IMG/VR virus record: IMGVR_UViG_3300025141_015556 | Direction: 5' to 3' (one strand) | DNA from: a virus | DNA: 64,000 nt | Shown: piece after piece, positions 18,910-27,522 of the stretch | Position numbering within the stretch: the stretch's first letter is position 1 | Layout: the number at the start of each line of letters is the position of its first letter | Program-made: the position numbers and the translations under genes | Notes under the pieces: generated by a model | Told to the model about the DNA's origin: nothing | What the model saw: the letters and a program-made list of their open reading frames with translations, nothing else | Database searches by the model: none

Positions 18910-18916
18910 TAAATAG
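18910..18916 (-). promoter_or_regulatory. Candidate late promoter CTATTTA
   Basis: 19 nt upstream of ATG 18891, in the context TTACTATTTATA. Confidence 0.6.
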
Positions 18917-18936
18917 TAATTAATTCAATAACTTCC

Positions 18937-20478
18937 TTAAGGATTGTCTAATCCTCTATTTTTGAATATAATGTTTAAATCCAATTTTTTACCAGTTTTT
19001 TTGCTAGTTACCCTTAATTTAAATATCTTTTCCCAAATTTGATCTACTCCATGAGCGCCTAAAATATTATCACCGGGTGAAACCCCAGTTGCTAATTGCG
19101 TAGGCAATGCAGTGTTTGCCGTGGGCCCCTCGCTAACCATATTTAAATAGGTCTGTTTATAAGATGGTTCTATAAAAATAAATCGTCTTCCGCTTTTAGA
19201 TAACAGTATAGCATCTTCTACAACAAAATTATATGTCTCTATAACAGGATATATTTGTCCATTGTTGTCTACCATCTCGATTTGATAAACTGTGGTTGGG
19301 TTAGAAACATTACCATGAGCATCAATGGCCCTAAAACAATAATAATATTTTCTGTTTGGCGTGATGGCATCTAGATAAGCAGCCAATACGGCCGGGTGTT
19401 CAGGATCACCGGAAATAAATTCTATCGGTTCCGCTATCAAAGAGCCCTCAAAATCCGCATAAGAGTTTGGAGGCCTCGTTGTTCTAAATACTTGATAAAT
19501 ATAGGTTGGGTCATCATTTTTAAATCTAATAGGGTTCATAGTTACAAGTTCATCTATTTCTTCCATCGTTACGTTGGGGGGCGCGCCTGGCATTCCTTGT
19601 GAAATATATATCTCTCTAAACTTTTCTATATCTGATGGTTCTATTTGAATTGGTATTGCGTCAATATTTCCTATTTCTCCGCTAATCAAAAACAATATTT
19701 TATTATTAATATTGCGAAGTGGATAAATGTCGACATTTGGAGGAATAGGGGGATGGTCGGTTACGGTTATTGTATTCCCAATAGAAAATGGCATATCGCC
19801 AATCTGAATGCTCGACATATTCTTAATAACAGCTGTAGTATATAAATCTGGTGTCGGCTCATCGACATTCAAGGCTTGTGCAAGTTGTTGAAAATCAAAT
19901 GCGTTGGTTCCATGGGGCCCTGTAATAAAATTTATCTTGAAGGCATAAGGGTGTGGATCCGCGGGGCCTCCACTGGGTGGGGCAGGGGGGTAGGCGCCCG
20001 AGTGATTATTAAGGCTAATTTCTCTAATTCCCCAAATTACAACCAACTCAGTATCGGTATTTCCGTTGGGGTTCGGTTGTTTAGTCGCTGAAATTTCATA
20101 GCGGCTATTGGTAATGCTAGGATCGGCATCAAAAAAAGCGCCGATATCTGAATTGATCATAGATTCAAGGGTCCGAATATCTAATATCATATCTTTTCTT
20201 AAGCTTGATAAGGGAATAGAGTACTGTGTACCATTGCCCTCTTCAATATCTAGATACCAATTAATTGGCTCATCGCCCAGATCCAGAGGGTTCTCGCCCA
20301 ACGTTGGGGGCTCGAGCATTGGATCGCAGGGGTCATCAATCGGCACACCGCCAGTCCCGCCGCCGCCGGGGGGAACCTCGCCCGGCCCGGGGCCAGGTTC
20401 ACCCTCACCTCCGGGCGTGCCGGTTTCGCCAGGATCTTCTGCTTCTTGTACTTGTTCTGGGACGTCTACTTGTGTCAT
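18937..20478 (-). CDS. Putative virion protein with Pro/Gly-rich N-terminus and FN3-like C-terminal part
   Basis: FN3-like strands YQVFR...ITPNRKYYYCFRAIDAHGNVSNPT. Confidence 0.55.
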   Translation of the reverse strand: MTQVDVPEQVQEAEDPGETGTPGGEGEPGPGPGEVPPGGGGTGGVPIDDPCDPMLEPPTLGENPLDLGDEPINWYLDIEEGNGTQYSIPLSSLRKDMILDIRTLESMINSDIGAFFDADPSITNSRYEISATKQPNPNGNTDTELVVIWGIREISLNNHSGAYPPAPPSGGPADPHPYAFKINFITGPHGTNAFDFQQLAQALNVDEPTPDLYTTAVIKNMSSIQIGDMPFSIGNTITVTDHPPIPPNVDIYPLRNINNKILFLISGEIGNIDAIPIQIEPSDIEKFREIYISQGMPGAPPNVTMEEIDELVTMNPIRFKNDDPTYIYQVFRTTRPPNSYADFEGSLIAEPIEFISGDPEHPAVLAAYLDAITPNRKYYYCFRAIDAHGNVSNPTTVYQIEMVDNNGQIYPVIETYNFVVEDAILLSKSGRRFIFIEPSYKQTYLNMVSEGPTANTALPTQLATGVSPGDNILGAHGVDQIWEKIFKLRVTSKKTGKKLDLNIIFKNRGLDNP

Positions 20479-20511
20479 ATTTTACTCTATTTTTCCAAAA
20501 ATCGTGAGTCC

Positions 20512-23280
20512 TTATACCAAAATTTCGAACATCGTGTGGGGAGCCTCCGACATATCAATCCCCAAATTATCCAAGAAGTTTATTAAGTTTTCTCTATATA
20601 CGTCTCCTACAAGCGGCGGCGGGGAAGGCCTATTATCAAAGATGTATATAGCCTCCTCTATTGAGGTGATACGATTTACCCTTTGGGAATATGCTAGTCC
20701 AGTGTACTGCGCTGAGCCCGTCCAGAAGGTGAACGCGTTCTCGGTAGCCGTATTAAAAATCTCGCTGATCCGGTCCCGGACAGCCCATTGTCGTTCGAGG
20801 AGAGCATACAACTCAGCCTGGGTCCCCTCCGGGCCATATGGCTCATCCTTGACGTCTCCGCCCGGCAAAGTTACCAACGTTGGCAGAGGAACATTCCATG
20901 AATCTGGCATAGCGCCGCCATTAATATTGTTGTTTACACCAACGCCGTCCTGAAGCCTTACGAAGACTTGATCGAGACCGACGGACGCGACGCGGCCGAC
21001 CGAGTGGCTCGTGTCGCCCTTGAAAACAAATTTTCCACTTTGGTCCGGATAACCCCATCCAGTATCTTCGGCCTCATTTATATAAATATTGGCATTCAGA
21101 TCTGGTAGAACAAGATCTTGCTCTGTTTCCTTATAGAAGCCTAAAGCGTTTCCAACTGCTTTCCCCTTTCCAAGTTCTTCTGGTGCACGCGGATCCTCAT
21201 AAGAAATCCTATTTCCAACTATCAATTTAATCGTTTTAATATCATATTGATATTTGACGCCATATAATATTTGTGAATCGATATATTCTATAAGATTGGC
21301 ATTGTCATCATTTGGTATATAAAACGTTTGAACCGGAGTGTGTCGATGTATGTCGCTTAACGGAATAGACAGAAGGTCGGTCGGGACTCTGCGCTTTTCA
21401 ATTTTAAACATAAGTGTTTCTGAATAGCAGTCGTCGCCGTTCCAATATTCCTCTATGGTCCTCATCATCTCTTTCCGCAATTGGTTTCCCAAGGTGATCT
21501 CAGACCAGTCCAGATCCGATAAATTAGTATGAATATCCGAGGGGTCCGACTCGTCGATAGCTTGAAATTCGAATATGCCATCGTTGTTGGTGTCTTGGTA
21601 ATATGAAGAATCAACCAAGTATGTGCCACGGGCTCCTTCGTCGTTGAGGCTGTACGATGGCGCCACAAACTCTACACGTTCGGTATTGTACTGGTTATTA
21701 AAGGTACCAAAATTACTGCCACTGGTAAGGTCTAGCCACTTCTTTACCCAATTGTGATAGAAGTCCATCGTCCATAAACTAATTGGCGCTGATCCAAGAG
21801 TTTCCTTTAAAAAGCCTGTACCATCAAGTGAACGAGTTTTGTTAACGGTGCCATCCGGCATATTATTATCAATAGACGCCTCACATGCGATTTGTTGCTC
21901 GGGCGACTCAATCTGATCATTGATGCCCATAAGCCCATCGATATCGACTCGAATTAAATTTGTTATAAAGTGATCCCACAAATTATAATCTTTTAATTTT
22001 TCTCGAAAAATATTATCCCTAGGGGGCGCGCTGTTCGCGAGGCGCTGGGGCATATAGTTAGAAGGAGTATCTGTGCCGCCTAGGCCTATTTGAATTTTTA
22101 TATACATGGGCAAACGATTATAATAAGGCCTTCCGCTATTATCCAAATAGCTCTGGGGTCCTAAAATCGATAAACTACGGGGCCGAATACAAATATTACT
22201 ATATCTTGCGTCAAATATCGCCTGGACGTGGTCAATGGTGGACCCGGGAGCGCCAACGCCCGCCGCCGGAGATGGCGAAGTCGCGGGCGATTCCGAGAGA
22301 GTATTCAAATATACACTAAGTTCATTATAATAGCTCATGCCGGTACCAGAGCCGCCGAGGACATTTCCAGACCAATTAACGCCCCCGTTTAAAGTAATTT
22401 GATCACGATATGCTTCAGGCAGGTCGATATTACCATTGGTGGCCGCTGTTGGATAATACATCATATAATAGTTTGGTAACGCAGTCTCATTTAAACCGCC
22501 GGTGGCGCCGAAGGTCGCGAAGGAAACTTCTTCAAAGTCTTCTTCAAGTGCTGCAATATGATGATTATAAACCATAGAAATATTTTTTATATAATTGAAC
22601 GCCGCATCTTCTGTAAGAGACGGAACAGCAAAGCGCGTAGAAAAATCTTCAAATGTGGCGGTTTGATTAAACAAGGGTGGTATCTCTTCACCTGAATTAA
22701 AGGGTCCCAATATTTGATCATCAGATGTAAACCCAGATACAAAATATTTTTTAATATACGGCCAGCCGCTGCCATCAAGCTGTTTAAGAAGCTCCTCGGC
22801 GGCCAGATTGCTTCCAAAAAGTGGACTATTGATAAGCAACTCTTTCCAGGCATCTTCACGTATGTCAAATTTATATCTTATCTTTTCACTTGCCGATGAT
22901 GACAAAGACAAATCTTCTATGAATGAGATATCTATAATGGGTCCCGTTAATATCGACTGATTAGCGCCCCCACCGACTATATCGATAAAATCGAGATTTT
23001 CAAACATTTTTTCGTATGTTTCGGTTTCGGTATTCCAATAAAAATACCTACCCATCAGGGCTAAAAACTTATCTCTTGTGATGAGGCCGATTCCCGTTCG
23101 CGGTATGCCGATTATACCCTCGGCAAGGCGCGCGGGAGTAGTGCCGGTAGTATCTTCAACAACTCTGCCATCGGGGTACCATAATTTTTTTACACTGGGG
23201 TGGGCGATGCCCGTATTGGTAAGAAAATTTAAATTTCCTCCGACGCGGTGTCTATCCATAAAAAAGATTGTATCGTACAT
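20512..23280 (-). CDS. Large putative virion protein
   Basis: Start moved to MYDTIFF (23280), directly after the upstream stop. Contains an FN3-like segment YIDSQILYGVKYQY. Confidence 0.55.
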   Translation of the reverse strand: MYDTIFFMDRHRVGGNLNFLTNTGIAHPSVKKLWYPDGRVVEDTTGTTPARLAEGIIGIPRTGIGLITRDKFLALMGRYFYWNTETETYEKMFENLDFIDIVGGGANQSILTGPIIDISFIEDLSLSSSASEKIRYKFDIREDAWKELLINSPLFGSNLAAEELLKQLDGSGWPYIKKYFVSGFTSDDQILGPFNSGEEIPPLFNQTATFEDFSTRFAVPSLTEDAAFNYIKNISMVYNHHIAALEEDFEEVSFATFGATGGLNETALPNYYMMYYPTAATNGNIDLPEAYRDQITLNGGVNWSGNVLGGSGTGMSYYNELSVYLNTLSESPATSPSPAAGVGAPGSTIDHVQAIFDARYSNICIRPRSLSILGPQSYLDNSGRPYYNRLPMYIKIQIGLGGTDTPSNYMPQRLANSAPPRDNIFREKLKDYNLWDHFITNLIRVDIDGLMGINDQIESPEQQIACEASIDNNMPDGTVNKTRSLDGTGFLKETLGSAPISLWTMDFYHNWVKKWLDLTSGSNFGTFNNQYNTERVEFVAPSYSLNDEGARGTYLVDSSYYQDTNNDGIFEFQAIDESDPSDIHTNLSDLDWSEITLGNQLRKEMMRTIEEYWNGDDCYSETLMFKIEKRRVPTDLLSIPLSDIHRHTPVQTFYIPNDDNANLIEYIDSQILYGVKYQYDIKTIKLIVGNRISYEDPRAPEELGKGKAVGNALGFYKETEQDLVLPDLNANIYINEAEDTGWGYPDQSGKFVFKGDTSHSVGRVASVGLDQVFVRLQDGVGVNNNINGGAMPDSWNVPLPTLVTLPGGDVKDEPYGPEGTQAELYALLERQWAVRDRISEIFNTATENAFTFWTGSAQYTGLAYSQRVNRITSIEEAIYIFDNRPSPPPLVGDVYRENLINFLDNLGIDMSEAPHTMFEILV

Positions 23281-23281
23281 A

Positions 23282-26200
23282 TTAGTAGCCCCCCATGCCT
23301 CCACCGCCACCAGTGCCGCCACCACCAGTGCCACCGCCACCAGTGCGACCTCCACCAGCGGCGCCGGCTCTTCTTGTGGTTATTCTACTCGATGGTCTTG
23401 CGCCCGCGCCGCGGCGGCCCCCGTTGGCAAATGAGCCGCCCGTGCCGGCGCCGGAGTCGGTGCCGAAGCGAGAAGTCCCCGTACGCCTCGGGCGTCTAAA
23501 TGTGCTCATTTTCCGATTCAAAAGTGTTTCGTCCGAGGATAAATATTCAATTGGCACGCCAATGTTTGCTTTATTGACAGTATTCTTTTTCATATTCTTT
23601 TGCAGCGCATTCAAGATATTTTTCAAACTATTGCCCGGCTCAGCCTGCAAGGAAGGATAATATTTAGGCTTTCCGATTACGAATAGCCTATTAAAAGAAG
23701 GAAGTTCATAAACATTTTTACCTTTTATAACTTTATTAGTATCGCGCAATCGACAAATTAAAGCCTGTCTACCCTGACGGGCTCTGTTTAAGTCTCCTTC
23801 ATCTAGCTGTTTCCACATTGGCGCGTTAACAACTGGGCCGTCCATGCCCGTCTCATACCCAATAAGATATTCTACTATCATACAAGAATTATATTTTGAA
23901 TCAAAGTCGAAACTTCCTTTTTCTACTAAGTCGTTCAGATTTAAGTTTAGAGCTGCCGCGGCTGGGGAGGCGCCTATGCTGGATGGATCAACCACAAGAT
24001 TATTATTAAAATCATTTGGTATGCTGTTTATTATCGAATCAACCATGTCTGTATTTAATATTTTATCATCATCGGTCGAAGCGCCTTCAATTTTCACCTC
24101 GTCGTCGCCGGGAATTGAATCTCCCGATGGACCCGAACATGCGGCGGTGCTTGTTTTATCTTCTAAAACAAAATTAGAATCAGCGCCAAAAACGTCTTTA
24201 CTATCAATATACGAAAGACACCCTTGATCTGATTCCAAAACATCTTTTATGTCTACACGAAGAGGTCGTATCGAAATACCATTAAGAGTTAATATATCAC
24301 TTTTAATAGATAAGTCCGATGCATCGTTGAATATATTTTCGCCAACTGGATCAAGTTTATTTTTCAGCAACGGCAACCCATTTTCAAAAGTCATTTCTTG
24401 CCGAGAAATTGTTTTTTGCGGAGTTACAATTGATTCAAGAGAAAGATACCCATTCACATTAATAGACGCCTCGTTAAAGCTTACCCCAGCATAATATTTT
24501 TTTTCCCGAGATATCCTTGCTCTCCATTTTGTATATCCAATAGAAGAAAGGACGCCCGGGCGTTGCTCGAGATCGTTTATATAATTTCGTCCCAAATTTA
24601 ACTGATTTGCATCGTATGCAGAAGAGAATTTATGACTCAGCACAACCGGCACCGGCGTGAAATTTCTTTGCGCACCGTGTATCTTCGAAGAAAAATTTAG
24701 AGTTTCTCCATTGGTCAATGAACAGGTGATTGGCGAAGTGCTTGATATTTGCCTTGTCAGCGTGCTTAATAGTTCCTGCACAATTTTTTCCATTATAAGC
24801 AAACTACTTGGCGTAGCGGATCTAGGATCTGTTAAAATAAGTAAATTTCTTTGCCACTCGTCGATCGATGTTCCTTGGAGTGCTTCACTTCCAAACAAAT
24901 CCAGCGTAACCCCTAAATATGAATTTACAACATCGCTCCAGCTTGTTGTTGTAGTATACAAATAATCTATAATTTTTTTATCAAAAGAATTAGTAGAAGT
25001 ATTAAATCCGGGAGAATATGTAGCCAAACGAACGTAAGAAGTATACTGAGCAAAATCAGAAGAAAGTCTATCGACGGCATCAGTTAGCTTTTTCGAAGAT
25101 TCGTCCGTGTATGTAACATATGCACGATATTGATATAGACCTGTTTTAAACCGGCCGGCCGACAAATCGGACCCAACAAATTGAAAGATTCCGGCCGGAG
25201 TGTTTGTAGATTGTAATTGTTTTAGAGAGCCATCTGTTAATTTGCAAACTAACTCCTCTTTTTGATTCCTATCATAATTGCTTGTTGCCCTTGGAGCGCC
25301 AGCAAGTTCGCTAATTCCCGGCTGCCATCGAACTCTTTTGCGGTATACGTCTATCTCGTGTATTTGTATGGCTTCAGCTAAAGTGGAATTATTATTATAC
25401 AGATAGCTGAATCTTGCGCCATCCCTAGCCACACTTGCCGCGTTAAAAGCAAAGAAGAATTTAACAGCTCCGCCAGCAATTGGACGAGCTCCTTCCTGAT
25501 CGCCGAAGAGGCGAGGCTCTGTACTAAATAAAATAGGAGAAAAATAACTCCTCTGTTTTGTGATGCCGTTTTTAAAAATATTAGATTTTGTTTGGAATCG
25601 ATTTTGTAGTCTCTCATTAATAGATTTATATTTTTTAAATTGAGTAGCCCCATTTTTTTTAAATCTAAGATCTAATATTTTTTTATTTGCAACTTGTTTC
25701 ATATTTAACTTAGAATGGGGACGAGTATGATCATGAGAGGCGCCCGCCATAAAAGAACCGGGGGGCCTCACCCTGGTGCCGGGCAGCAAAGGCGGAGGGC
25801 GATAATAGTGTACCGGGCCGGCCCAAACTTGTCCCGGTGTGCCAGAAATTGAATCTTCCAAAGTAAACAATAACGACGTGCTCGGGGGTTTGCCGCCTCT
25901 AAGTAGGCTTTCGATGCGGGTCTCTCCCATTACAAATCCTAATTTACCCTTTTCATTTGAAAGGCCGGTTGTAAACGATCCATCGTAACAGAAAGAATGT
26001 TTTTGTTGTGGCGCCAAATAGGGAGTTATTAAACATGCCAAATAGCCCTCTTTTGCAATTGATTTTGTCGGAACGCTGGTTTTTACAGACATTTTAACAC
26101 TCTCAATTGCTTCGCCGAGGTCCATGTTTATAATTTCAACATTATTATCTGTTGAGGATTTATCTATCGCATCAAAATCTAGATATATTTTTTTTACATT

Positions 26201-26509
26201 TAGGGAGGGCCCCGACTTGCGCATGACCGATCTCATATAAGACGTGTTGTTTAATAATCTTTCAAGTGTACGCCGAGTTGATACCAAACAAATACACACC
26301 ATTAGCCTATTCCTAATAGCTTTGCTATCATGCCATTTTTTTCTTTTTCTACTGTTTTTGAGAGATTTTAATAATATCTCCATGCTTAAGCCAACAGTGT
26401 TATTGTCAATGGTATTTAAAACGGCCGATTGCAAAAAAGGAACCGGCAATATATTATTAAAGGAATTGCTGCTTATATTCGGCATTACAATCGCTGTATT
26501 GGCTGCCAT
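23282..26509 (-). CDS. Large putative virion protein with Gly-rich C-terminal tail ending GGY
   Basis: 1075 aa in the baseplate block. Contains a His-rich motif WAGPVH...MAGASHDHTRPH. Confidence 0.6.
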   Translation of the reverse strand: MAANTAIVMPNISSNSFNNILPVPFLQSAVLNTIDNNTVGLSMEILLKSLKNSRKRKKWHDSKAIRNRLMVCICLVSTRRTLERLLNNTSYMRSVMRKSGPSLNVKKIYLDFDAIDKSSTDNNVEIINMDLGEAIESVKMSVKTSVPTKSIAKEGYLACLITPYLAPQQKHSFCYDGSFTTGLSNEKGKLGFVMGETRIESLLRGGKPPSTSLLFTLEDSISGTPGQVWAGPVHYYRPPPLLPGTRVRPPGSFMAGASHDHTRPHSKLNMKQVANKKILDLRFKKNGATQFKKYKSINERLQNRFQTKSNIFKNGITKQRSYFSPILFSTEPRLFGDQEGARPIAGGAVKFFFAFNAASVARDGARFSYLYNNNSTLAEAIQIHEIDVYRKRVRWQPGISELAGAPRATSNYDRNQKEELVCKLTDGSLKQLQSTNTPAGIFQFVGSDLSAGRFKTGLYQYRAYVTYTDESSKKLTDAVDRLSSDFAQYTSYVRLATYSPGFNTSTNSFDKKIIDYLYTTTTSWSDVVNSYLGVTLDLFGSEALQGTSIDEWQRNLLILTDPRSATPSSLLIMEKIVQELLSTLTRQISSTSPITCSLTNGETLNFSSKIHGAQRNFTPVPVVLSHKFSSAYDANQLNLGRNYINDLEQRPGVLSSIGYTKWRARISREKKYYAGVSFNEASINVNGYLSLESIVTPQKTISRQEMTFENGLPLLKNKLDPVGENIFNDASDLSIKSDILTLNGISIRPLRVDIKDVLESDQGCLSYIDSKDVFGADSNFVLEDKTSTAACSGPSGDSIPGDDEVKIEGASTDDDKILNTDMVDSIINSIPNDFNNNLVVDPSSIGASPAAAALNLNLNDLVEKGSFDFDSKYNSCMIVEYLIGYETGMDGPVVNAPMWKQLDEGDLNRARQGRQALICRLRDTNKVIKGKNVYELPSFNRLFVIGKPKYYPSLQAEPGNSLKNILNALQKNMKKNTVNKANIGVPIEYLSSDETLLNRKMSTFRRPRRTGTSRFGTDSGAGTGGSFANGGRRGAGARPSSRITTRRAGAAGGGRTGGGGTGGGGTGGGGGMGGY
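23301..23360. repeat. 15-bp tandem repeat (ccaccgccaccagtg, about 4 copies) encoding TGGGG repeats
   Basis: Units at 23301, 23316 and 23331, plus a degenerate unit at 23346. Confidence 0.85.
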
Positions 26510-27510
26510 TAGCAGGGATCCTCCTCTTCTGTTTGATAAAGGTCTCTTTGAAGTGGTAGTCGCTCAGAAGTTCTTGTTACAAAATGTTCATCGGCGCCAG
26601 ATTCCAAAATATAGTTCTGTGGTATTTCATTATCAACCAACACGGTCATATAATAGTCTACGGTTGGTGTCAAATTATCACTATTCCCAATTGAGACTGG
26701 CACTTCTACGGAACCTGGCTCAGTCAAATTAATAAACGACATGCTTTTTAGCGGCTCTCGGGGGCTATTAGGATCTGCAGATCCAGAATAAAACACCTCT
26801 ATATCAAAGTTTTCTTTCATATAATCAGTATTCTCTTCTAAAACTTCAAGGAATAGATAATTTCTCTTAATAGCGAGATAAAGATCAGAATTGATATAAG
26901 AGCCAACCCCTACTGAAGAATTAAACTCACCAGATTTTGCGTATAGCTGATAATCCACCTCAATATTTATTTGTGGTATCTGCTCCACGGGGCCTCCGAC
27001 TTCTGTGGCGCTGAGGCCAGAAATAGATTCATTTCTACTTGTGTATGTATCCGAAGGGGGCGACGCAGCAGACAATTCATTGTGCAAAGCAAATATCGAC
27101 CACGCTGGCACTTTGTCTGTTGATAAGCTGCTATTGCCCAATGGGGCGCCCAAAAGATCAACCTTTTCTTCAAAAGTTTGCTGATTAAAATATTGGGCTA
27201 TATCTGAACTAAGCGGATCTACATTGTTGTTTGTGTACGCGCTCATAAGATTGTCTGTAAATTGATTAACTCTTGTTTCCGCGCTTGTGATTGTTGGAAC
27301 TATTTTAAGTGACGGAGTTTCGTTTTTAATTCTTTGTTCGGCTTCATTTTGATGTTCAAAAAATCCACCATATCTTGAATCATATAATATTTCATCGTCA
27401 AAAAAAGCATAATACTCGGGGCTGAACCGACCCATAGAGAGCAAATATTTACCATATTCAGTAAGTTGAAGATCTATTACCTCTTCTTTTTTATTAAAAA
27501 ATGTTACCAT
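26509..27510 (-). CDS. Virion structural protein (baseplate-like)
   Basis: N-terminal LT..G..LL..G...AF.D.E..Y motif shared with 17974..18891. Ends in EEEDPC. Confidence 0.6.
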   Translation of the reverse strand: MVTFFNKKEEVIDLQLTEYGKYLLSMGRFSPEYYAFFDDEILYDSRYGGFFEHQNEAEQRIKNETPSLKIVPTITSAETRVNQFTDNLMSAYTNNNVDPLSSDIAQYFNQQTFEEKVDLLGAPLGNSSLSTDKVPAWSIFALHNELSAASPPSDTYTSRNESISGLSATEVGGPVEQIPQINIEVDYQLYAKSGEFNSSVGVGSYINSDLYLAIKRNYLFLEVLEENTDYMKENFDIEVFYSGSADPNSPREPLKSMSFINLTEPGSVEVPVSIGNSDNLTPTVDYYMTVLVDNEIPQNYILESGADEHFVTRTSERLPLQRDLYQTEEEDPC

Positions 27511-27522
27511 CTTGGTTTATCC

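Noticed and set aside
23281-23355. Hydrophobic signal-like N-terminus MEVALVAVALVVAALVAVEA of ORF 20512..23355
   Set aside because: It is an alternative-frame reading of the upstream gene's Gly repeat. The real start is more likely ATG 23280.
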